IMG/VR virus record: IMGVR_UViG_3300032073_005220
Coordinates: 93,015-157,014 of that record
DNA length: 64,000 nucleotides
Direction: 5' to 3' (one strand)
Source: a virus
A model generated the notes under the pieces. That model was not told where the DNA came from. It searched no databases and was given only the letters and a program-made list of their open reading frames with translations. Of the stretch, positions 1-9,527 are shown piece after piece. The position numbers and the translations under genes are program-made. Within the stretch, counting starts at the first letter, position 1, and the number at the start of each line of letters is the position of its first letter.

Positions 1-2
1 TT

Positions 3-398
3 ATCAACGAGAAAGAACTTAACGAATACTTCTCTATGGACAGAAATGTTATTGAAAAATTATCTCCAGAAGACACAGCTCAAATTTCATATAGACTATC
101 TCAGTTCGCTTTTCATGTACAAAGAACTTTAAACAGAGAAATAGCTAGACATAATTGGGCCGAGGAGACTATCAAAGAAACTATAGCTGATGAATTAAAC
201 AGCTATAAAGGTTATGGTTATGTAGAAAAATATTACCAAGCAGTTAAGCACAATGAAGCTGCTCAATCCTTAAGCAAGATTAAAAAATACGCTAAACAGA
301 GAATGGATAGATTGTCATATACTGCTAACTCCATAAAAAATCTTTCGGACATACTTATGGCTATTAATAGGAATAAGAATAAAAATGGACATCAATAA
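3..398 (+). CDS. Hypothetical alpha-helical protein, probably 5'-truncated by the window edge (possibly a UvsY-like recombination mediator)
   Basis: The track ORF starts at ATG 36, but the frame is open back to position 3 (INEKELNEYFS-M). The product is coiled-coil-like and lies upstream of the helicase. The function is a guess from size and context. Confidence 0.6.
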   Translation: MNEKELNEYFSMDRNVIEKLSPEDTAQISYRLSQFAFHVQRTLNREIARHNWAEETIKETIADELNSYKGYGYVEKYYQAVKHNEAAQSLSKIKKYAKQRMDRLSYTANSIKNLSDILMAINRNKNKNGHQ

Positions 399-807
399 AT
401 TAAAACAAGATCCTGAAAAAATCCAACAGCTTATAGACTTGTTGGGCTCATTGCTGCCTGAAACGGAACTAGAACCTCAAGCAGTAAAGAAAAAGACTAC
501 AAAGAAAAAAGCGACAAAGAAAAAGACTTCAACCACAAAAAAGCCTAGAAACACTAGGAAAAAACCAGAAGAGCAAGAGTCTACTAATAAATTTTTAGAC
601 ATGCCCGAAATGAATATGCATAAAGAAGACGGGAAAATAGATAAACAACTTCAACAGTTCCCACCCACGCCTAGATCAAGACCTTCTGTCCAAAACGTTT
701 CTGTTAGATGCAGGATTTGTGGCAAAGAAGAGACCATAAGCCAAGGTTTGCTTTTTGAGGGAGCAAACAGATATAAATGTAATAAATGTTCTACACAGTC
801 AGGCTAA
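385..807 (+). CDS. Hypothetical protein with Lys-rich low-complexity tract and C-terminal Zn ribbon
   Basis: KKKTTKKKATKKKT tract; CRIC...CNKC cysteine pairs; overlaps the upstream ORF and abuts the helicase start. Confidence 0.75.
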   Translation: MDINKLKQDPEKIQQLIDLLGSLLPETELEPQAVKKKTTKKKATKKKTSTTKKPRNTRKKPEEQESTNKFLDMPEMNMHKEDGKIDKQLQQFPPTPRSRPSVQNVSVRCRICGKEETISQGLLFEGANRYKCNKCSTQSG

Positions 808-808
808 A

Positions 809-2272
809 ATGATATTATCAAACCCTTCCGCTGAACGTGCTATATTAGCAGCCATAATCAAATATGGTTCAGATATATTTTATGATGTTTCTGACATACT
901 AACAGATAAGTGTTTTACTATAGATAGCAACTGCAATATTTTCCAGTGCATTAAAAAGTCTATAGAGAACAATAATCAAAGTCATATTGACTTAGCTTCT
1001 ATATATAGCAGTGCTCAGGAATTAGGAATGTCGAAAGTGTTTTCTACGAAAGAAGAGAACCAGCACCTTAAAGCTGTCATAGACTTTCCTGTAGAAAAAG
1101 ACAACGCTAGGAAATTCGCTACGCAGATTAGAAAACTAGAAGTAGCTAGAGCCTTAAGAGAAAACCTACAATCTGCACAAAATGATTTGCTAGAAGTAAC
1201 AGGTACTGAAAATGTGTCATCTATTTTATCCATAGCAGAAGATAAAGTATTAAATTTTTCAGAAAGTTTGACAGATACAGAGAATCATCCAGCTCCTATG
1301 AGCGATGATATAGATGAGTATATCCAGCATCTTATAGATAATAAAACAGAACAAGTGGGTATTCCTACGGGTTTTCCTGTCTATGATTCTGCTATTGGAG
1401 GAGGACTTAGAAAAGGCACAGTAAATGTCATAGCAGCTAGACCTAAAACTGGTAAAACGCTTTTGTCTGATAACATGGGATTTTTTATAGCAAGTAAAAT
1501 GGGTATCCCTGTATTAAATTTAGATACAGAAATGAACAAAGAAGATCATATCAACCGTATACTAGCTATGATCACAGAAGTGTCTATAGACAAGATAGAA
1601 ACCGGTAAATTTGTAGATTCGGCTAGTCATAAAACTAAAATAGAAAAGGGCATACAGAAGATTAAAGACTCTAAGTTGTATTATAAATCTATTGCAGGTA
1701 AAGGTTTTGATGAACAGATCTCTTTGATGAGAAGATGGATAATGACGGAAGTGGGCATGAATACTGATGGAACGGCTAAAGATTGCGTAATATTTTATGA
1801 TTACTTAAAATTGATGGATACACAAGGCATGTCTCAAGATATGAAAGAGTATCAAGTCTTAGGGTTTATGATGACAGCGTTGCATAATTTTGCCGTAAAA
1901 TATAAAATACCTATTGTGTCATTTATACAATTAAATAGAGATGGAATCACAAAAGAAACTACTGATGCCGCAAGCGGCTCAGACAGAATCGTGTGGCTTT
2001 GTAGTAATTTCAGTATATTCAAAAGAAAAACAGATGAAGAAATAGCAGAAGATGGCCCCGATCATGGTAATAGAAAATTAGTTCCTATTATCAGCAGGCA
2101 CGGAGGAGGCTTAGATGATAATGACTATATTAATTGTCATATGAAAGGTTGGTGCGCTAAAATTACAGAAGGTAAAACTAGACTTGAGGTAGTTAATAAC
2201 ACAGGAGACGATAAGGATGGCTTTGTTATTGGAGAAGACGGTGAAGAAGCAGAAACATTCCCATTTAATTAG
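809..2272 (+). CDS. dnaB: Replicative DNA helicase, DnaB family
   Basis: N-terminal SAERAILAAI; GIPTGF..D...GG; Walker A AARPKTGKT; LDTEM; Walker B IFYDYLKLM; QLNR; ASGSDRI. The likely start is ATG 809, just after the upstream stop, rather than track start 755. Confidence 0.95.
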   Translation: MILSNPSAERAILAAIIKYGSDIFYDVSDILTDKCFTIDSNCNIFQCIKKSIENNNQSHIDLASIYSSAQELGMSKVFSTKEENQHLKAVIDFPVEKDNARKFATQIRKLEVARALRENLQSAQNDLLEVTGTENVSSILSIAEDKVLNFSESLTDTENHPAPMSDDIDEYIQHLIDNKTEQVGIPTGFPVYDSAIGGGLRKGTVNVIAARPKTGKTLLSDNMGFFIASKMGIPVLNLDTEMNKEDHINRILAMITEVSIDKIETGKFVDSASHKTKIEKGIQKIKDSKLYYKSIAGKGFDEQISLMRRWIMTEVGMNTDGTAKDCVIFYDYLKLMDTQGMSQDMKEYQVLGFMMTALHNFAVKYKIPIVSFIQLNRDGITKETTDAASGSDRIVWLCSNFSIFKRKTDEEIAEDGPDHGNRKLVPIISRHGGGLDDNDYINCHMKGWCAKITEGKTRLEVVNNTGDDKDGFVIGEDGEEAETFPFN

Positions 2273-3386
2273 TCAAGATAAACTAAAAGTAATCTGTGAC
2301 GGATTGTGCGACAATATTGAAGAATTATTAGAAAAATTTGATATTGAATATTCTTGTAATGGAAAGCTTTTAAGTATGGCTTGCCCTATACACGGAGGGG
2401 ACAATACGACAGCTTTAAATATATATCCTCAAGGAGATTCTTACAGAGGAAACTGGAAGTGCAGGACACATGGCTGCGAAGAAGTATTCAAGGGCTCTGT
2501 TATAGGATTCATTAGAGGTATTTTATCTAGAAACAAACACGCTTGGGAACAATCTGGAGATAAAATGGTTTCTTTCCAAGAGACGTTAACTTTTTGTTTA
2601 GCTTTTCTAAATCAAGAGTTAGACAAAATATCTATTGACCATACCCATAGAGACAAAAGTAAGTTTGTTGCAGCTATTAAGAATACCAGCAATCAATCAG
2701 AAAAAGTTTCTAGCGGAGTTCCAAGAAGCGTTGTCAGAAAACACTTAGACCTAACCCACCCCTATTATATAGACAGGGGGTTTTCTAAAGAAATTTTAGA
2801 TAGATACGACGTAGGATACTGTAGCGTGTCTGGCAAAGAAATGTTTGGTCGTATTGTAGTTCCTGTCTATGACCATGACTATCAACATATGATAGGATGT
2901 ACAGGTAGAACAGTTTTTCCTGTTTGTACAAAATGCAAACATTATCACGAAGCAGAATCAAAATGCCCTAACGAGAACGTGATGTTTCTTTACAGTAAAT
3001 GGAGGCATAGCAAAGGACTTAAAACTCAAAATTATTTATATAATATATGGTTTGCAAAACAACATATCAAAAAAAGTTATACTGCCATTATAGTTGAAAG
3101 TCCGGGCAACGTGTGGAGACTAGAAGAGGCTAATATACATAATAGCGTAGCCATATTTGGTTCTTCAATGAGCGATAGACAGAAAATGATACTTGATGCT
3201 TCGGGAGCCATGAATATAATAACGATTATGGATAATGACGAAGCAGGACAAAAGGCTGCGGAAAAAATTAAAAACAAATGTTGCAAAACCTATAATGTTA
3301 AAAACATAAACATAAAAGCGTCAGATATCGCAGACATGTCTATACAAGAAATTGATGAAGAAGTGAAACCTTTACTTAATATGTGA
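2217..3386 (+). CDS. dnaG: DNA primase, DnaG type (CHC2 Zn finger + TOPRIM)
   Basis: CPIHGGDN...WKCRTHGC zinc finger; GRIVVPVYD...IGCTGR core; TOPRIM IIVES and MDNDEAGQKAA. Alternative start GTG 2241 with GGAG upstream. Confidence 0.9.
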   Translation: MALLLEKTVKKQKHSHLISQDKLKVICDGLCDNIEELLEKFDIEYSCNGKLLSMACPIHGGDNTTALNIYPQGDSYRGNWKCRTHGCEEVFKGSVIGFIRGILSRNKHAWEQSGDKMVSFQETLTFCLAFLNQELDKISIDHTHRDKSKFVAAIKNTSNQSEKVSSGVPRSVVRKHLDLTHPYYIDRGFSKEILDRYDVGYCSVSGKEMFGRIVVPVYDHDYQHMIGCTGRTVFPVCTKCKHYHEAESKCPNENVMFLYSKWRHSKGLKTQNYLYNIWFAKQHIKKSYTAIIVESPGNVWRLEEANIHNSVAIFGSSMSDRQKMILDASGAMNIITIMDNDEAGQKAAEKIKNKCCKTYNVKNINIKASDIADMSIQEIDEEVKPLLNM

Positions 3387-3393
3387 GTTTATA

Positions 3394-4119
3394 ATGAGTA
3401 CAATAATAGCGCTTTCAGGAAGAAAGCAATCTGGTAAAACTACAATTGGTAATTTCTTTATTAGCTTATTTTTGTCTAATATGGGAATTTCTAAAGAGAT
3501 TAAAATAGAAGATAATGGAGACATTACGCTTTCTGATTTGTATGGCAATGAACTGTATAATAAAATAACACCAAGATATGAATTAGAAAAAGATTTCGTA
3601 ATAAGCAATCTATACAAAGATCTAGATCAACATATAAAAATATATAATTTTGCCGATACATTAAAACAAAATGTTTGCATGGATGTTCTAGGTATGTCTT
3701 ATCAGCAGTGTTATGGTTCTGATGAAGAAAAAAACAGCATGACCGGACTGTACTGGGAAAATCAAGAACTGTCCGCTAGAGAAGTCATGCAGTTTATTGG
3801 TACCGACATCTTCAGGAAAGTTAAAAAAACTGTATGGATAGATAGCACAATGTCTCAAATAACTAAAGAAAAGCCGAAAATGGCAATTATTACTGACTGT
3901 AGATTCCCAGACGAGGTTGACGCCGTTAAAAATGCAGGAGGTTATGTAATTAGACTGACTAGAGATTTACATAATTCATCACATATTAGTGAGACTGCTT
4001 TGGACGAAGATAACTATGATTGGAATAATTTTGATTATGTGTTAGATAATCAGAATTTAACGATATATGAACAATCTTTACAAATACAGGAATGGTTAGA
4101 CACATTACCAGCTACATAA
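3394..4119 (+). CDS. Deoxynucleoside monophosphate kinase (phage dNMP kinase family)
   Basis: P-loop IIALSGRKQSGKTT; FADTLK; REVMQFIGTDIFR; ITDCRFPDE; HISET. Confidence 0.88.
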   Translation: MSTIIALSGRKQSGKTTIGNFFISLFLSNMGISKEIKIEDNGDITLSDLYGNELYNKITPRYELEKDFVISNLYKDLDQHIKIYNFADTLKQNVCMDVLGMSYQQCYGSDEEKNSMTGLYWENQELSAREVMQFIGTDIFRKVKKTVWIDSTMSQITKEKPKMAIITDCRFPDEVDAVKNAGGYVIRLTRDLHNSSHISETALDEDNYDWNNFDYVLDNQNLTIYEQSLQIQEWLDTLPAT

Positions 4120-4120
4120 T

Positions 4121-5164
4121 ATGATTATAACTTATTTTCGTTCTTCCAGCTATAACACGCACAACATGTGCCCTCAGCAATATTATTTTGAATATGTTCT
4201 TGGGTGGAGAGGTAGTTCTGGACTAAAAGCTGACAAAGGTACTATTGTACACAAAGTATTGGAAATACTAGCTGTTATAAAACAAGGTTTACAAAACGAT
4301 AAAAAAGAAATTATAGACGATATACTAGGGAATATTAGTACTACAGGATATGATTTAGAAGAAATTATTAAACAAGTGTATGATTATTATTCTTCTCATA
4401 ATAGTCACCATAACTGGAAACCCAGAGATAGTAAAGACTGTAGAGAATGGGTCTATAAAGCTTTGGAATTTAACGAGGGAATGTTTGATCCTAGAAATAG
4501 AGACATCTTAGAACCAGAGCAGCATTTTGATTTTGAAATAGATAAGACATGGGCAGACTATGATTATGACACTTCAGAAGGTAAATTATCTGGTAAACTG
4601 GCACTAAAAGGAACAATAGATTTAATTACTTTAGTCAATAAAGACACCATAGAAATAATTGATTGGAAAACAGGAAAAAGGCGAGATTGGGCTACGGGAA
4701 AAGAAAAGACTCAAGAAAAACTGGAGGTAGATCCTCAATTAAGGATATATTACTATGCTATTAAAAATTTATATCCCAATATTAGATATGTCATTTTCTC
4801 TATATATTTTATAAATGACGGAGGTCCTTTTTCTGTATGTTTTGACGATTCTGATATGGAAGCAACAGAACACTTATTAAGACAAAAATTTGAACATATC
4901 AAACACACAAGAAAACCATTCTTGAAAAAAAGCTGGATGTGTAATAAGCTGTGCCATTTTGGAAAAACAACTTTTGAAGATACTCATATAGAACCTATGG
5001 AAGAATACAGAGATAATCAAAGAACAACACCGGGTTATGTGATGACTAAATGCGAACAAGTTAAACACGATTTAGACTTGTATGGTATCGACGCTGTCAC
5101 TAATATATATAAACACCCTAATCACAAATTTGGAAAGTATCAAGCTCCCGGATCAACAGAATGA
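4121..5164 (+). CDS. PD-(D/E)XK exonuclease, Cas4/AddB-like
   Basis: CPQQYY; GTIVHKVLE; LKGTIDLI; IIDWKTG; QLRIY; C-terminal CNKLCHF...C. Confidence 0.85.
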   Translation: MIITYFRSSSYNTHNMCPQQYYFEYVLGWRGSSGLKADKGTIVHKVLEILAVIKQGLQNDKKEIIDDILGNISTTGYDLEEIIKQVYDYYSSHNSHHNWKPRDSKDCREWVYKALEFNEGMFDPRNRDILEPEQHFDFEIDKTWADYDYDTSEGKLSGKLALKGTIDLITLVNKDTIEIIDWKTGKRRDWATGKEKTQEKLEVDPQLRIYYYAIKNLYPNIRYVIFSIYFINDGGPFSVCFDDSDMEATEHLLRQKFEHIKHTRKPFLKKSWMCNKLCHFGKTTFEDTHIEPMEEYRDNQRTTPGYVMTKCEQVKHDLDLYGIDAVTNIYKHPNHKFGKYQAPGSTE

Positions 5165-7041
5165 ATCAGTATATACCCTTGCATGTGCATTCGCACTATT
5201 CTTTATTGGACGGATTATCTAAGCCTGCGCAGATAGCTGATAGGTGTTTAGAAATAGGCGTCAAATCTTGCGCTATCACAGATCATGGTACAATATCTGG
5301 TTGTGTGCAGTTTTATGAAACCATGAAGAAAAAAAATATTAAGCCAATACTAGGTTGTGAAATCTATGTTTGTTCTCAAGATTCCGAAATTAAAAAACCA
5401 GAAAATGCTAAATTAAGTCATTTCCTACTTTTGGCTAAAAACAAGGCAGGCTGGGATTCTCTTATAAAACTAGTTTCTTACAGCAATATGGAATCTAGAT
5501 ACTACCATAAACCCAGAGTTTCCCTGAATGATCTGCAACAATTTATAGATGGTAACACTATAGGTTTTTGTGGACATCTTGGTTCTACCTTGGCTAATCT
5601 TATACAAAACAACAAAGATAATTCTGCAATTACAGAAGGTTGTGAATTTGTGTCTAGGATGCAAAGCATGTTTGGTAGAGATAATTTCTTTTTAGAAGCT
5701 CAACTTATGGACAGGGAAAACAATCCAGAGCAACAAGAGATGACAGATATAGTTAGAAATATATCTAATAAAACTAAATGTAAAATCATCTGCACTCCAG
5801 ATGCTCATTATTGCAGGCAAGAGGATTCTATAGACCAGAGAATACTATTGTGCAACAATTTAAAAACTACACTAATAGATGTAAACAAAAAGTGTTTAAA
5901 TAATGAAAAAGTTCCTATGGGTGTGTTTTTCACTTCGGATAATTATCACATTCTCTCTCAAGAAGAAATTTCTAACCTACATACAGAAGAAGAAATTGAA
6001 AACACGAATTTAATTGACAGTATGTGCGAAGAATATGATATTCTAAGCGCTCCTGTATTACCTCCGTATGATTGTCCAAACAATGCTGATCCAGCTGAAT
6101 ATTTAAGAGAATTATGCAGACAAGGGTGGAAGCAGAAAATAGCTAATGATGTGGACAAAGAAAAACATCAAATTTATGTAGACAGAATAAAAAGAGAGCT
6201 AGACGTATTGCAAGGCGCTAATTTGTCTAGCTACTTCCTAACCGTTGTGGATATAGTGAATTATGTTAAAAGTCAAGGATGGCTACCCGGTCCCGGACGA
6301 GGTTCAGCGGCCGGGTGTTTGGTTTCATATCTTATAGGTATTACCTCTATAGATCCTATTAAGTACAATCTTATTTTTGAAAGATTTTACAACTCTGGCA
6401 GAAATACTGAAGATAGGGTGTCTATGCCAGATATTGATGTTGATGTTCCTATTAATAAAAGAGAAGATGTTATATCTTATATAAAGAATAAGTATGGAGA
6501 AGATAAAGTTTCTCAAATGATTACATATAACACTATGAAAGGTAGAGGTGCTTTAAAAGAAGTATTAAGAGTCTATGGAAATATTAATTTTGAAGAAATG
6601 AATAATATCACCAAGAACATACCTGATGAGGCTAAAATCGCAGATGAACTACAAGAAATGAAAGAGAATACAGGAGAATCGTCTATTATTAGATGGGCAT
6701 TAGAAAATAATGTTGACAGACTAAAGGAATGGTGCTATATTAATGATAGTGGAGAATTGGCTGGGCCACTCTCTAAAAGATTTGAACAGGCCATTCGTTT
6801 GGAAGGCACGAAGTCTAATCAATCTAAACATGCTGCTGGTGTAGTTATTAGTAGCACTCCTTTAAGGGATATTTGTCCGATGGTTTTAGATACCAAAAAT
6901 AAACAACAGATAGCCGGAATGGAGATGCAAGATTTAGAGGCCCTTGGCATGATTAAATTTGATATTTTAGGTATTGCTATGTTAGATAAAATCATGTCTA
7001 TATCAGCACAACTATCACAAGGAGACACCCATGATAACTAA
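5161..7041 (+). CDS. dnaE: DNA polymerase III alpha (DnaE), N-terminal half: PHP domain, palm and thumb
   Basis: LHVHSHYSLLDG, AITDHG, GCE, DAHY (PHP); GPGRGSAAGCLVSYLIGIT; FERF; catalytic MPDIDVD; SKHAAGVVI; KFDILG, then a stop about 22 residues later. Confidence 0.95.
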   Translation: MNQYIPLHVHSHYSLLDGLSKPAQIADRCLEIGVKSCAITDHGTISGCVQFYETMKKKNIKPILGCEIYVCSQDSEIKKPENAKLSHFLLLAKNKAGWDSLIKLVSYSNMESRYYHKPRVSLNDLQQFIDGNTIGFCGHLGSTLANLIQNNKDNSAITEGCEFVSRMQSMFGRDNFFLEAQLMDRENNPEQQEMTDIVRNISNKTKCKIICTPDAHYCRQEDSIDQRILLCNNLKTTLIDVNKKCLNNEKVPMGVFFTSDNYHILSQEEISNLHTEEEIENTNLIDSMCEEYDILSAPVLPPYDCPNNADPAEYLRELCRQGWKQKIANDVDKEKHQIYVDRIKRELDVLQGANLSSYFLTVVDIVNYVKSQGWLPGPGRGSAAGCLVSYLIGITSIDPIKYNLIFERFYNSGRNTEDRVSMPDIDVDVPINKREDVISYIKNKYGEDKVSQMITYNTMKGRGALKEVLRVYGNINFEEMNNITKNIPDEAKIADELQEMKENTGESSIIRWALENNVDRLKEWCYINDSGELAGPLSKRFEQAIRLEGTKSNQSKHAAGVVISSTPLRDICPMVLDTKNKQQIAGMEMQDLEALGMIKFDILGIAMLDKIMSISAQLSQGDTHDN

Positions 7042-7213
7042 AAAATTTGCAGATTTATCGATAAATGCAAAATTTGTACATAATAATCTTGAGTATCAAA
7101 AGTTACAACCAATCAAAATATCTTGTTGCAAGTCCGTCAACGCTTGTGTAGCATCTCAACCTGCTAATAAAGTATTTATCAACCCCAACCAGGAAGTTAA
7201 AGTAAATGTCTAA
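7031..7213 (+). CDS. Small hypothetical protein (60 aa) inside the split-polymerase locus
   Basis: GGAG at 7021-7024 precedes the ATG. The ORF overlaps both neighbours and exactly fills the gap; SCCKSVNAC motif. Confidence 0.7.
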   Translation: MITKKFADLSINAKFVHNNLEYQKLQPIKISCCKSVNACVASQPANKVFINPNQEVKVNV

Positions 7214-7904
7214 TTTTCATAAAATTTGTGTATTTGATTTAGAAACAGACGGAACAGATCCCAACTCCTGCAGCCCTGTTCAAATTGCTGCTCTTATGGT
7301 AGATCCGTTAAAGTTAGAAATTATACCCGATTCTAAATTTAATATAAATTTAAAACCAGAAAAATTAGAAGATAACCCAGACTATTCTTATGAAGATAGC
7401 GATGTATTGGATTTTCATGCTAAAGTTAAAGGAATAACTAGCGCACAAGTATTAGACGAATGGAAAAACTATCATTCACAGAAGCAGGGATGGACTTCTT
7501 TTGTTAGCTATCTAGACATGTATCATTTAGGTAACAGAAAAAAGAAATCTCAATTCACCGCACCTATTGCTGCTGGTTATAACATATTTAGATTTGATTT
7601 AAAGATTGTTGATAGGCTTAGTAGAAAATACGGTAATACAAATAAAGAAAAAAATAGCGACTTGTTTTTTCCTAGAGACACACTTGACTTAATCAACAAT
7701 GTTTTTTGTTGGTTTGAAGGAAATGACGAATTAAAAAATTACACCCTAGATCATCTCAGAGATTACTTTGGTATGGCAAAGGAAGGCGCTCATGACGCAT
7801 TGAAGGATGTAGAGGACACTGCTGAATTGACTATTAGGTTTCTAAGACTTCATAGAAAACTTTCAGCAAAAATTAAATTTAAGGATTCTTTTGTAGCACA
7901 TTAA
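7206..7904 (+). CDS. dnaQ: DEDDh 3'-5' exonuclease, DnaQ/epsilon-like
   Basis: ExoI VFDLETDG, ExoII GYNIFRFD, ExoIII AHDALKDV; lies between the two dnaE halves. Confidence 0.88.
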   Translation: MSNFHKICVFDLETDGTDPNSCSPVQIAALMVDPLKLEIIPDSKFNINLKPEKLEDNPDYSYEDSDVLDFHAKVKGITSAQVLDEWKNYHSQKQGWTSFVSYLDMYHLGNRKKKSQFTAPIAAGYNIFRFDLKIVDRLSRKYGNTNKEKNSDLFFPRDTLDLINNVFCWFEGNDELKNYTLDHLRDYFGMAKEGAHDALKDVEDTAELTIRFLRLHRKLSAKIKFKDSFVAH

Positions 7905-7910
7905 TATCTT

Positions 7911-9527
7911 ATGAAAAATAAATATTTGACTTTTTCTTGCGGGTGTAAGTTTCCGCTTGGAGATAATAACTCTGTATCTTTTGATACAGATGTGACTTCT
8001 CTGAATAAGGAATGTTCTAAAACGTGGGACTTAATCTCAGATGGTAATACCAAGGGCTGCTTTCAGTTAGAGTCTAGGCTTGGTCAGTCTATGTCCAAGA
8101 AATTGAAACCTTCTAATATAGAGCAATTGTCTGGACTTATTAGTATTTTAAGACCTGGGTGTTTAGAAGCCTATAGAGAAGGCAAGAGCGTATCTAATCA
8201 CTATATAGACAAAAAAAATAATTTAGAAGATATTGATTATTTTCATCCAAGTTTAGAAGATATATTACAGCCTACGTACGGAGAAATGATATATCAAGAA
8301 CAGGCTATGAGAATTACACAGAAAATAGCTGGGTTTGACCTAAAAGAAGCAGATATGCTCAGAAAAGCTATTGGTAAGAAAAAACCAGAAGAGATGGCCA
8401 AAGTAAAGAAAAGATTTATATCTGGGTGTAAACAGCAAAATATTGTTACGATAGAAGAAGCAGAAGAAATATTCGGCTGGATCGAAAAAAGTCAAAGATA
8501 CTCATTCAACAAGAGTCACGCCATATCTTATGCAATAAACGCTTATCTTTCTGCATATGCTAAAGCCCATTTCCCCAAAATGTTTTTTGCCTCATATTTA
8601 AAGTTCGCTAAAGATAAAATCGATCCGCAACAAGAGATTAAAGAACTTATCAGAAACGCTAGTGAAATGGACGTTTCTGTTAGCACTCCAGATTTAAGAA
8701 ACCTAAACCGTTTATTCGTTGTTGGATCAGAATATATATATTTTGGACTAACAGACATTAAGGGGGTTGGCAATTCTGTGTTTAATAAAATTATACAAAT
8801 AACAGGTGACACAGATTTTGATATTAATAAAGAATCTTGGTGTTATCTCTTGTTTGGTCTCTTATTAAAAATAAACTCTACTGCCGTGAAAGCCCTAATT
8901 AGTTCAGGAGCTTTAGATTACCTTAAAATAAATAGAACTGAAATGCTCTTTGAATACGATGTGGCATCTTCTTTAACAAAAAAAGAAGCATCGATTTGTG
9001 AGGAAGCTTCTGTAGAAGAAAATAAGCTAAAAAATATTTTAGAAAATCTTTTAGATGCACCTCGTATCAACAAAAACAGAAAAATCAAAATAAATGATGC
9101 GATCAACATGCTTAAAAAACCTCCGTATTCTTTACAAGATAGGATAGAGTGGTTGTCAGACAGCGAAAGTTCATTATTGGGCGCCGCTATATCTTGCTGT
9201 AAGTTAGATTCTTATGATATAAGTATGACTAATACAGACTGCAAGACATTTAAAAAGACACACATTAAAAATAATATTATTATTGCTGGAGAAATAAGTG
9301 GAGTTAATATAGTCAAGACTAAAAAAGGTAAAAATCCTGGTCAAGAAATGGCTTTTGTCACAATAGAAGATAGTACGGGGTTGTTGGATTCTGTTATCAT
9401 GTTTCCAGAAGCTTGGACCCAATATAAACACCATATTTTTAATAGTAATGTTCTGGTTTTTGTAGGCAATAAAACGAAACAATCGGACGGTTTCATAGTA
9501 GAAAAATGTTTTGACGCGCACACTTGA
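7911..9527 (+). CDS. dnaE: DNA polymerase III alpha (DnaE), C-terminal half: fingers, HhH, OB fold
   Basis: TKGCFQLES; LRPG; TYGEMIYQEQAM; ADMLRKAIGKKK; YSFNKSHAISYA; FGLTDIKGVG (HhH); LISSGALD; EMAFVTIEDSTG (OB). Confidence 0.95.
   Translation: MKNKYLTFSCGCKFPLGDNNSVSFDTDVTSLNKECSKTWDLISDGNTKGCFQLESRLGQSMSKKLKPSNIEQLSGLISILRPGCLEAYREGKSVSNHYIDKKNNLEDIDYFHPSLEDILQPTYGEMIYQEQAMRITQKIAGFDLKEADMLRKAIGKKKPEEMAKVKKRFISGCKQQNIVTIEEAEEIFGWIEKSQRYSFNKSHAISYAINAYLSAYAKAHFPKMFFASYLKFAKDKIDPQQEIKELIRNASEMDVSVSTPDLRNLNRLFVVGSEYIYFGLTDIKGVGNSVFNKIIQITGDTDFDINKESWCYLLFGLLLKINSTAVKALISSGALDYLKINRTEMLFEYDVASSLTKKEASICEEASVEENKLKNILENLLDAPRINKNRKIKINDAINMLKKPPYSLQDRIEWLSDSESSLLGAAISCCKLDSYDISMTNTDCKTFKKTHIKNNIIIAGEISGVNIVKTKKGKNPGQEMAFVTIEDSTGLLDSVIMFPEAWTQYKHHIFNSNVLVFVGNKTKQSDGFIVEKCFDAHT

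Noticed and set aside
4121-5164. Cas4-like gene as part of a CRISPR-Cas locus
   Set aside because: No repeat-spacer array or other cas genes seen; stand-alone Cas4-like nucleases are common in phage replication modules.
7041-7911. Split intein, intron or stop-codon recoding as the explanation for the dnaE break
   Set aside because: No intein terminal motifs on either half. The gap is fully occupied by two sensible ORFs with no room for a structured intron. TAA, TAG and TGA all behave as normal stops in this window.
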